Origin: a bacterium
GTDB taxonomy: Bacteria > Bacillota_I > Bacilli_A > RF39 > UBA660
DNA length: 64,000 bases
Assembly: GCA_022779465.1 (NCBI GenBank)
Contig: JALFTB010000018.1
Span: forward strand, 8,773-72,772
Direction: 5' to 3'
In this document: positions 1 through 8,683 of the stretch, piece by piece
Layout of the letters: each line of letters begins with the position of its first letter
Numbering within the stretch: the stretch's first letter is position 1
Notes under the pieces: model-generated
The model's input: only the letters and a program-made list of their open reading frames with translations
The model's database searches: none
What the model was told of the DNA's origin: nothing
Made by a program: the position numbers and the translations under genes

Positions 1-79
1 TATGATTTGTTATTGATGTTTAAAAATACTTTAATTCATGATACAATTAATATACATAGATAAGGAAGGATATAAAATT

Positions 80-1819
80 ATGGGTATTGTAAATGATTAT
101 ATATCTAAGTTAATGAGTTTTATTAAAAATGAAAAATATGATAAATCTAAACCATGGTTAAAATATTATGGTGATATGCCAGAACATTTAAGTTATTTTA
201 GTGGTAGTTTGTATGATGCATTAAAGATATCTGCTCTTACTAATGAAAGAAGAATAGCTTATCGTTATTTTGGCTTAGAGGTATCTTATAGAAGTTTTTT
301 AAAGAAAATTGATAGGATTGCTAGTGCTTTAAAACAATTTAATATCGTAGAAAATGAATGTGTAACTATGTGTTTACCTAATTCTCCAGAGAGTTTTGCA
401 CTTTTTTATGCGATAAATAAAATTGGAGCGATAGCTAATATTGTTCATCCATTATCTTCAACTGCTGATATTGAAAGAGCTTTAAGTGAAACTAATAGTG
501 AAATATTATTTTGTGGGGATGTTTCTATGCCTAAGGCTAGAGATATTAAAGTAAAACATTTTATAATGATTCCTACAAGTAATAGTTTTGGTAAAGTTAT
601 GCAATTAATGTACAGTATTAAAGCTGGAGATAATATGAAACTTGATGAAGGAATGCTTAGTTGGCATGATTTTCTAAGTAATGGTAACAGTGGAATTGAT
701 TGTTATGTTAAAAGAGGTTCTAATGATCCAGCTGCTATAATTTATAGTGGTGGTACAACTGGTAAACCTAAGGGAATTATTATTTCTAATGGTAATTTTA
801 ATGCAATGGCTTTACAGACTAAAACGGTTTGTAATGAAATTAAACCAGGTAATTCAGTATTATCGGCGTTGCCAATTTTCCATGTTTTTGGGTTAGCTTT
901 ATGTTGTCATACATGTTTATGTGCAGGAATGACTTGTATTATTGTTCCTAAGATTAATACTAAAAAGATAAATAGTGAAATAAAGAAATATAAACCTAAT
1001 GTTTATCCAGCAGTACCATCTTTACTTAAAATGAGTGTTGATGGTATGAAGCCTGGCAAAAATGCTTTAAAAGATATTAAGGTAGTTGTTGTTGGTGGAG
1101 ATTATTTACCTCAAGACTTAAAGATTCAGTTTGAAAAGTTTTTAAGAGAATGTGGTAGTGATGCGGTTGTTAAATCAGGTTATGGATTAAGTGAAGCAAC
1201 TGGATTTAGTTGTTGTACTGCTACTATGAATGAGAGTGATGTTATTAATGGTACTTTAGGTATTCCTAATCCAGATATGGATATTAGAATATTTGAACCA
1301 AATAGTGATGTTGAAAAAGAAACTGGTGAAATAGGTGAAATCTGTATTAATGGACCAACTATTATGATGGGGTATATTAATGAAGATGAAGAGACTGCTA
1401 AAACATTAGTAAATCATAGTGATGGTAAAATCTGGTTACATACTGGAGATTTAGGTTATAGAAATGAAGATGGATTATTATTCTATTCTTCTAGATTAAA
1501 GAGAATGATTATAACTAATGGTTATAATGTATATCCAATTGAATTAGAAGAAATTATTTCTAAATGTGAGTGCGTATCTTCTTGTACAGTTGTAGGTATT
1601 CCTCATAAAACTAAAGGGCAAACTCCTAAAGCGGTTATTGTTTTAAAAGATGGTTATGAAGATACTTTAGAAACTAAAGCTAAAGTAAGAGCTTACTGTA
1701 AAGAACATTTAGCTGCTTATGCAGTTCCTAGTGAGATTGAATATCGTAAATCTGTGCCGGTTACAGCTATAGGTAAAGTAGCTTACCGAGAACTTGAGAA
1801 AAAGCATAAGAAAAAATAG
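80..1819 (+). CDS. AMP-dependent acyl-CoA synthetase/ligase (FadD-like)
   Basis: AMP-binding signatures 'IIYSGGTTGKPKGIIIS', 'GYGLSEATG' and 'TGDLGYRNEDGLLFYSSRLKRMI'. Start moved from track position 38 to ATG 80, which has AAGGAAGGA about 9 nt upstream. Confidence 0.85.
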   Translation: MGIVNDYISKLMSFIKNEKYDKSKPWLKYYGDMPEHLSYFSGSLYDALKISALTNERRIAYRYFGLEVSYRSFLKKIDRIASALKQFNIVENECVTMCLPNSPESFALFYAINKIGAIANIVHPLSSTADIERALSETNSEILFCGDVSMPKARDIKVKHFIMIPTSNSFGKVMQLMYSIKAGDNMKLDEGMLSWHDFLSNGNSGIDCYVKRGSNDPAAIIYSGGTTGKPKGIIISNGNFNAMALQTKTVCNEIKPGNSVLSALPIFHVFGLALCCHTCLCAGMTCIIVPKINTKKINSEIKKYKPNVYPAVPSLLKMSVDGMKPGKNALKDIKVVVVGGDYLPQDLKIQFEKFLRECGSDAVVKSGYGLSEATGFSCCTATMNESDVINGTLGIPNPDMDIRIFEPNSDVEKETGEIGEICINGPTIMMGYINEDEETAKTLVNHSDGKIWLHTGDLGYRNEDGLLFYSSRLKRMIITNGYNVYPIELEEIISKCECVSSCTVVGIPHKTKGQTPKAVIVLKDGYEDTLETKAKVRAYCKEHLAAYAVPSEIEYRKSVPVTAIGKVAYRELEKKHKKK

Positions 1820-1952
1820 CAATATCTTTTGATATTGTTTTCTTTTGTGTTAAAATATGCTAAATGCAACTATAAGTTAACAAAAAACAACTAAAAATTG
1901 GTAGAATGCAACCAGTAGAAATTATATGATTTAGTTGTTAGGAGGAGATATT

Positions 1953-3332
1953 ATGAATTTATCTGACAATTTAAAAAGGATTAGAAAGGAAAATAATTTA
2001 TCACAAGAACAACTTGCGGATAAACTAGGAGTGTCAAGACAATCTGTATCTAAATGGGAATCTGGACAAGCTTATCCAGAGATGGATAAAGTTTTACAAT
2101 TATGTCAATTATTTAATTTAAATATTGATGAGTTATTAAATCAGAATATTAAAGACGTTAATAATAAAAAACAAGCAAAGAATACTTTTAATAAATTTTT
2201 AGAAAGTGCTTTAGATTATCTTACAAGAGTATATAAAATGCTTAGTGCAATGACTTTTAGGCAAAGAGTAAAATGTTTTTTAGAAATGTTTATATTTGGC
2301 TTTTTTATTGTTTTATGTTTAATGTTATTAGGTAGTTTCTTATCTTATATATATTATGGATTATTTGGATTCTTACCTTCATCTTTTTATTATGGTATAC
2401 ATAGAATATTATCTACTTTATATACATTAGCTATTAGCATTGTTACTATTATGATTTTACTTCATATATTTAAAATAAGATTTTTAGATTATTATGAAAA
2501 GTCAGTAATTGAAGAAAAAACAAGTGAAAAAGATGATAATGAGCAGGTTAAAGAAGAAAAGAAGTCTGAAAAGAAAAAAGATAATGTTAAAGAAACTAAA
2601 ATTATTATTAGAGATCCAGAACATTCTGATTTTAGATTATTTTCGGGATTAGCTAAGATTGTATTATTTTTTGTAGATTGTTTTGTAATATTTTGTGGAT
2701 TTTGTTTTTGCACTATACTTATTGCTTTATTAGCATGTTTAGTTATTAGTTTTTTAATAGCTAAATCAGGATTTGTATTTTGGGGAATCTTACTTATAAT
2801 TCTTTCTTTAATTGCATGTGATATTATTATATTGATTAAGATATATTCTTTCTTAAAAAATCGTAGAACTAAAGAAGGAATGTGTGCTTTAGTGTTTTTA
2901 TTATCATTAGTATGTTGTGGTATTGGTTGTGGATTATTTTCTTTAGGAATGTCTAATTTTAAGAGCTATTCTAATTATAGTGATAAGACAACTTTTAGTA
3001 CATTTAGTGAAACTGTTAAATATGATAAAGATTTAGTAATTCATAACTTTAATAAATATAATTTTGTTGAAAGTGATAATGATTCAATAGTTTTAGAGGT
3101 AGTAACTAATTACGGTAATACGGCGGAGTTAGAGGTTTATAAAAATACTATTGATTATCATGTTTATTATGGTGCTGATTTTAATTTCTTTGATGAAGTA
3201 CGTATGGTAATTAATGATGTTAATAGAAATAGATTAGTTGATTATAATTATAATAATTATACAATTTATACTAGTAAAGAAAATTATGAACAATTGATGA
3301 AGAATTATGAAGACTACTATTATTTTAGTTAA
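1953..3332 (+). CDS. membrane-anchored XRE-family HTH protein
   Basis: N-terminal HTH_3 motif 'LSQEQLADKLGVSRQSVSKWESGQAYPEMDKVLQLCQLF', then hydrophobic spans, a K/E-rich linker, more TM spans and a soluble C-terminal region. AGGAGG lies just upstream of ATG 1953. Confidence 0.8.
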   Translation: MNLSDNLKRIRKENNLSQEQLADKLGVSRQSVSKWESGQAYPEMDKVLQLCQLFNLNIDELLNQNIKDVNNKKQAKNTFNKFLESALDYLTRVYKMLSAMTFRQRVKCFLEMFIFGFFIVLCLMLLGSFLSYIYYGLFGFLPSSFYYGIHRILSTLYTLAISIVTIMILLHIFKIRFLDYYEKSVIEEKTSEKDDNEQVKEEKKSEKKKDNVKETKIIIRDPEHSDFRLFSGLAKIVLFFVDCFVIFCGFCFCTILIALLACLVISFLIAKSGFVFWGILLIILSLIACDIIILIKIYSFLKNRRTKEGMCALVFLLSLVCCGIGCGLFSLGMSNFKSYSNYSDKTTFSTFSETVKYDKDLVIHNFNKYNFVESDNDSIVLEVVTNYGNTAELEVYKNTIDYHVYYGADFNFFDEVRMVINDVNRNRLVDYNYNNYTIYTSKENYEQLMKNYEDYYYFS

Positions 3333-3376
3333 TAATAATTAAATTAAAGTTGCTTATAATATAATAAAGGTGTTTT

Positions 3377-3811
3377 ATGAAAAAATTTATTATATTGTTG
3401 ATAGCAACTTTTTTGATTGGAGTTGTTCCATCTTTATTAACTGGTAGTAGTGTTGAAGGTTTAACTTTACCGGCTTTATATCCACCAAAAATAGTTTTTC
3501 CAATAGTGTGGACAATCTTATTTATATTAATGACAATAAGTATTTATTTAGCTACTAAGTATGATGATATGCCGTATATTGTTTATTTTATTCAGTTATT
3601 AATTAATGCATGTTGGACATTTATCTTTTTTGGATTAAAGATGAGATTGTTTGCCTTTATTTGGCTTTTAATATTATTAGTAATAGTTGGATATATGACT
3701 TATTCTTTCTTTAAATATAATAAAGTTTCAGGATATTTATTAATTCCTTATATTGTATGGTTATTAATAGCTGGATATTTAAATTTTGCAATATATTTAT
3801 TAAATAAGTAA
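3377..3811 (+). CDS. tspO: TspO/MBR-family membrane protein
   Basis: 144 aa with about five hydrophobic spans. Segments 'PPKIVFPIVWTILFILM' and 'LLIPYIVWLLIAGYLN' resemble conserved TspO regions. Confidence 0.6.
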   Translation: MKKFIILLIATFLIGVVPSLLTGSSVEGLTLPALYPPKIVFPIVWTILFILMTISIYLATKYDDMPYIVYFIQLLINACWTFIFFGLKMRLFAFIWLLILLVIVGYMTYSFFKYNKVSGYLLIPYIVWLLIAGYLNFAIYLLNK

Positions 3812-3845
3812 ATAATTAATTATAAAATGGTAATAATAATAACAG

Positions 3846-4193
3846 GTGTTAGATGTGAAGAAGTACTGTGTTATATTACTATTTTTTTTATTTGTTTTAA
3901 TTATATCTTTAAATAATAATAGTTATGCTTATGTTGATTGTAATAATTATATTATAGAACCTAAAGAGGTTAATACTTTAAATTTAAGTAAATATTTAAA
4001 TAATATTAGATATAATGAATTAATTAGTTTTTGTTCGAATGAAAGATGTTATGAAGTTAGAGAAGGTAAAATTAAAGCTTCTATTAATAATTTTAATAAT
4101 ATTTATAATAAGACTTTAAGTAATGAAGAATATGAAGTGATTAGAGTTAAGGGATATCCGATAAGTAGAATAGTTATTAATAATTGTGAATAA
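3846..4193 (+). CDS. hypothetical small secreted or membrane protein
   Basis: Signal-like hydrophobic N-terminus 'YCVILLFFLFVLIISL'. No recognisable domain. Start ambiguous (GTG 3846 or GTG 3855). The 3' end overlaps the convergent helicase gene by 17 nt. Confidence 0.4.
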   Translation: MLDVKKYCVILLFFLFVLIISLNNNSYAYVDCNNYIIEPKEVNTLNLSKYLNNIRYNELISFCSNERCYEVREGKIKASINNFNNIYNKTLSNEEYEVIRVKGYPISRIVINNCE

Positions 4194-5535
4194 TTTCAAT
4201 ATCTTTTTTATTATCTTTAATTAATTCTTTTATAAATATACTTGGGTTGTTTTTAGGTACTAATAAATATATATAGTTTCTAGTTCTAGTTAAGGCGACA
4301 TAAAATAGTCGTCTTTCTTCTTCATAAGGATATTCATTTTGATTAAGAATTTCAGATATTATTTGATGATCTTTAGTTTTAGTTGGCATTGAATGATTTG
4401 AGTTTTCTAAGTTTATTAAGATAACATTATCTTCTTCTAATCCTTTAGATTTATGAATTGTTAGATATTTTATTTTATCTGATAAAGTGATATTCCAAGA
4501 TAAAATATCTTTATTGTTACGTCCAAGTATTAGGATATTAGTATCGATATTATTGATTAATTTGTTTATAACTTTTGATTTATTAACATAATAAATTATT
4601 TTTATAGGTTTATTTAAATCTTTGGGACATTTAGAATTTTTTAATAGTTGATTTTTATTTTTGGCGATAAAGTTATTGGATATTGTGATAAGGGTTTGAC
4701 TATTTCGATAGTTATATTTTAATTTTATTATTTTAAGGTTGTCTATATATTTATCTAAATGAATAAATACATTTAAATTACACCCACTAAATCGATATAT
4801 TGATTGATAATCATCACCAACTGCAAATATGGTTCCGTTATTTTGATTTAAGATTGCTTTTATTAGGTTTAATCTTATTAGTGATGTATCTTGGAATTCA
4901 TCAATCATAATAAATTTATATTTTGTTTTGACTTCGTTATTATTAATTTTATTTGTGGCCATGAGGATCATGTCGTTAAAATCTACATATCCAGAAGATT
5001 TTAATTCATTATTATATATTAGGTATATTTCTAGAATAGTTAGGTAATAATCTTTTTTTATATATTTACTTTGTTTTACTAAATTTATTAGTTTATCAAT
5101 ATCGTTATTATTGCATTTATAGAGGTTTATAAAGGTCATGATAAGTTTTTTTAGATTGTCTTTGGTATTTTCAAGTAAAAGTCTTTTTATTCTTATTTTG
5201 GCTTTAAAATGGTCTTTTAAATAAGAATTAAAGTATTCATCTATAATATAACTTAGCATGTTATCTTTAGCTATTTTTAAATTGTCAGTATGTATTAAAT
5301 CTAATGATAATTTATGGAAAGTTTTAATATCAATATTATAATTAATTTTTCTTTTTAAATCATTAACTGATTCATTAGTAAAAGAGATGATTAATAATTC
5401 ATCTTCTTTGTAAATATTATTATCTAATAAGTAGTTTATTTTATTAATAATTGTAAATGTTTTACCAGAACCAGCACCAGCAATAAGTAGGGTGTTAGAT
5501 AGTGATAAAACAGCTTCTTGTTGTTCTTCATTCAT
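4177..5535 (-). CDS. compact UvrD/Rep-superfamily (helicase IV-like) SF1 helicase
   Basis: SF1 motifs in order: 'AGAGSGKTFTI' (I), 'ISFTNESVNDLKRKI' (Ia), 'MIDEFQDTS' (II), 'VGDDYQSIYRFSG' (III), 'YNYRNSQ' (IV), 'IHKSKGLEEDNVILI' (V), 'RRLFYVALTRTRNYIYLL' (VI). Only 452 aa. Confidence 0.85.
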   Translation of the reverse strand: MNEEQQEAVLSLSNTLLIAGAGSGKTFTIINKINYLLDNNIYKEDELLIISFTNESVNDLKRKINYNIDIKTFHKLSLDLIHTDNLKIAKDNMLSYIIDEYFNSYLKDHFKAKIRIKRLLLENTKDNLKKLIMTFINLYKCNNNDIDKLINLVKQSKYIKKDYYLTILEIYLIYNNELKSSGYVDFNDMILMATNKINNNEVKTKYKFIMIDEFQDTSLIRLNLIKAILNQNNGTIFAVGDDYQSIYRFSGCNLNVFIHLDKYIDNLKIIKLKYNYRNSQTLITISNNFIAKNKNQLLKNSKCPKDLNKPIKIIYYVNKSKVINKLINNIDTNILILGRNNKDILSWNITLSDKIKYLTIHKSKGLEEDNVILINLENSNHSMPTKTKDHQIISEILNQNEYPYEEERRLFYVALTRTRNYIYLLVPKNNPSIFIKELIKDNKKDIEIIHNY

Positions 5536-5584
5536 AAGTAGAATATAGTATGTTTATAAATTTAAGTCAAGAAAAAACAAGAAA

Positions 5585-8500
5585 TTAATTCTTGTTTAAA
5601 TCGATAAGTTCTTTGTTTAATAGTGAATATAAATAAATATAAGTTGGTTTATTATTTTTATTTTCAATATATTCTTTGTAACCGTTTAATTGTTTTAAGT
5701 AAGCGGGATCATTAGTATTCTTTAGTTTGTAATCTATGATGTCAATATGATCTGGGTATTCTAACATTAGATCAATGATACCAGTTTTAATTTGTTTATT
5801 ATTTTCATAAATAAATTCATATTCGTGATAAATATTTGCATCTTTAATGTTAGACATAATTTGATTGTTTAATAATCCTTGGGTTATTTCTTGTTCTTCA
5901 TTGGTTAACAGAGAATAATCTGGATTTTTAAAATCTGTATTTTCCAGGATGTAGTGCATGTGAGTTCCATATTCCATGTTAGACACTTCTGTAGGTGTTA
6001 TTAATTTATTTTCACTTTTAGAATAATGTTCTTCGTTAATAAGTTCGGAAATATATTCTTTTTCATTAACTATAATTTTATGGTTATCTTCAGTATCGAT
6101 GTTAATGTTATTTTTTTGTGAATACTTATAACCAATGTTTATTTCTGGTAAATCTATATTTTCAATATATTTATGTATATATGGATAAACTGATTCTAAA
6201 ATATCTTTGTAAGAACGATAATTTATTCTAGTTAGGTAATCAATAATACCATTTTCATCAGTAGTACAATTATCGTTTTGAATTAAATTTGTAACCATAA
6301 TCATTTTTTCTTTTGCCCTGGTTAAAGCAACATAGAACAATCTAATTCTTTCAGATATTTCATCTTTAATATAGGTTTCTTTGTTTAAGAAGTTGACAAA
6401 AGTACTTTTAAAGCCATTGTCATAATTTGGTAAAATTAATCCGAATTTTGTATTAAAGATAATTCTATTATTTAAATCCATTAAATTAAATTCTTTATGT
6501 AAACTTGGAAAATAACAAATTTTATATTCTAGTCCTTTTGATTTATGAATATTAGTAATTGTTACTGAATCGTTTTTATTTAATAGAGCTGGTATTTTAA
6601 TACTTTCTTCGTCATTAATTAGAGAATCTAAATAATCATTTACTTCATAGATAGTCATATTAACCTTATTTAATTCTTTAAATTTATTAATTAAGTTATC
6701 TAGAATTATTGAACGGTAATTAAGATTACCAGCAATAATCATTTTGTCATAAAATTTATAATCATAAATTATTTTTTTAATTATTTCTTCATTACTTAAA
6801 CTATCCAAATTTTTTGAAATATTATAAGCAATTTCATATATTTCAGATTCATTAATTTTGTTTTGGCTGATTGTGTCATAAATAGTTTGATCATCTAATT
6901 GATAAAGATAACTTCTAGCAATACTTGCAAAACAGAATCTAGATGTTTCATTAAATTTGTTATTTTTTATGTTGATAATAAATTTAATTATATTATTTAT
7001 TAGTGATGTTTCATCAGAAATCATGATATTGTCATCTTTATAGATATTGATTGGAACATTAAGAAAGTCAAATATTTTTTTGTAGGTGTCAAATGCAGTT
7101 GTACGATCAATTAAAATACAGAAATCACTATATTTGCATGGTCTTAAAGTTTTATCAAAAACTTCATAATTACTTGTTACTTTTTTCTTAATGTCATTAG
7201 CGATGATAAATGCTTCCATTTCTTCTTTAGTAAAATTAGGATCTGGCAAATAATTATATATTTCTAAATTATTATTATAGTTATTATTTCCTTCTTCAAT
7301 AAAGGTATTATTACCAAAGATTAATTGATGTTCTTTTATATAATTAGCATTACCAATATTATCATCCATAATATGATTAAATATTTGATTAATACTATCT
7401 AGTACTTCACCACGTGATCTGAAATTTTTATTTAAATCTATTTTAAAACCATTGTTTCCTTCTTTATATGCATCATATTTTATTTTGAAGATATCGGGAT
7501 TAGCGTTTCTAAATCGATAAATTGATTGTTTAATATCACCAACCATATAAACATTATTGTTTTCAATGTATTTAATGAATTGTTCTTGAACATCACTAGT
7601 GTCTTGATATTCATCAATCATGATTTCTTTGTAATAATTTTTTAATTCATTTCTAATATCTTCATTTTTATCTAATATTTCAAGAGCAAATTTACTTATG
7701 TCATTAAATTCAAATACTTGATACTCAAATTTATAAGCATTTACTTTTTGAGTTAATTTTAATAGTATTTCGATAATTACTTCAGCATATTCTTTGGTTT
7801 TTAATAAATCATCTTTTAATACTTGTTCATGAAATTCAGTTAATGATTTTAAGTCTTTAATTATTTTAGATATTTGTTCTTTATAATATTTTGCTTTATC
7901 AGAAGCATTTCTTAAAGGTGATAATTTAAAATCTAAGTTGCTTCTTATTTCTTGATAATTAGAACTTTTAAGTAGTGGTTCTAAAGTTTTATAAATTTTG
8001 TCATAATAATCGCTGTCTACTTCAAAAGATAAGTTTAGTAGTAGGTTCTTGATAGATTCAACTCTTTTTAAAAGGATATTTTCAAACTGATGGAAAAGAT
8101 TATCTAAATTATTTTTATTATAGTATGATTCTATATAATTATTTAAATAATCTTCTTTTTTAGTTATTAGATCAAAAGAATAGTCTAAATTTAAAATTGT
8201 TTTTTTGGTTTGTCTAGCATTTTTAGTTCCGAAGTCAGTAACGAACTTGATAAATTTTTCATTCTTTTGAGTAAATAATTCCTCAAATATTTCTTCAATA
8301 AAATCTTTCTTTTTCTTTTTAATGATAGATGAATCAATTAATGTAATATCTGAATCTAAATTTAATAAATAGTGATATTTTTTTACTAGTGACAAGACAT
8401 AGGCATCAAAGGTTGTAATATCAGCTGAATCGGTGAGTTTAGCTTCATTTTTGATTTCTTCATCTTCTAGAATTGCTTTTTTAATTCTGGTTTTCATTTC

Positions 8501-8683
8501 CATAGCAGCATTATTAGTAAATGTTAGAATTAGTAATTCATTGATGTGCATACCTTTTTTTAAATTGGTTATAACTCTTTGGGTTAAAACGGCGGTTTTA
8601 CCAGAACCAGCACCGGCAGAAACAATGATGTTGGTGTTTCCTTTAACGATTGCAAGCATTTGTTCTTCGGTCCATTTAGTCAT
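5585..8683 (-). CDS. addA: ATP-dependent helicase/nuclease subunit A (AddA/RexA)
   Basis: 'AGAGSGKTAVLTQR', 'IDEYQDTSDVQ', 'VGDIKQSIYRFRNA', 'NFRSR', 'IHKSKGLEYK' and 'RLFYVALTRAKEKM'. C-terminal PD-(D/E)XK motif 'GIIDLMLEYPDHIDIIDYKL'. Start set to ATG 8683 (GGAGGT 7 nt upstream); the track start 8692 is a GTG inside the RBS. Confidence 0.9.
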   Translation of the reverse strand: MTKWTEEQMLAIVKGNTNIIVSAGAGSGKTAVLTQRVITNLKKGMHINELLILTFTNNAAMEMKTRIKKAILEDEEIKNEAKLTDSADITTFDAYVLSLVKKYHYLLNLDSDITLIDSSIIKKKKKDFIEEIFEELFTQKNEKFIKFVTDFGTKNARQTKKTILNLDYSFDLITKKEDYLNNYIESYYNKNNLDNLFHQFENILLKRVESIKNLLLNLSFEVDSDYYDKIYKTLEPLLKSSNYQEIRSNLDFKLSPLRNASDKAKYYKEQISKIIKDLKSLTEFHEQVLKDDLLKTKEYAEVIIEILLKLTQKVNAYKFEYQVFEFNDISKFALEILDKNEDIRNELKNYYKEIMIDEYQDTSDVQEQFIKYIENNNVYMVGDIKQSIYRFRNANPDIFKIKYDAYKEGNNGFKIDLNKNFRSRGEVLDSINQIFNHIMDDNIGNANYIKEHQLIFGNNTFIEEGNNNYNNNLEIYNYLPDPNFTKEEMEAFIIANDIKKKVTSNYEVFDKTLRPCKYSDFCILIDRTTAFDTYKKIFDFLNVPINIYKDDNIMISDETSLINNIIKFIINIKNNKFNETSRFCFASIARSYLYQLDDQTIYDTISQNKINESEIYEIAYNISKNLDSLSNEEIIKKIIYDYKFYDKMIIAGNLNYRSIILDNLINKFKELNKVNMTIYEVNDYLDSLINDEESIKIPALLNKNDSVTITNIHKSKGLEYKICYFPSLHKEFNLMDLNNRIIFNTKFGLILPNYDNGFKSTFVNFLNKETYIKDEISERIRLFYVALTRAKEKMIMVTNLIQNDNCTTDENGIIDYLTRINYRSYKDILESVYPYIHKYIENIDLPEINIGYKYSQKNNINIDTEDNHKIIVNEKEYISELINEEHYSKSENKLITPTEVSNMEYGTHMHYILENTDFKNPDYSLLTNEEQEITQGLLNNQIMSNIKDANIYHEYEFIYENNKQIKTGIIDLMLEYPDHIDIIDYKLKNTNDPAYLKQLNGYKEYIENKNNKPTYIYLYSLLNKELIDLNKN

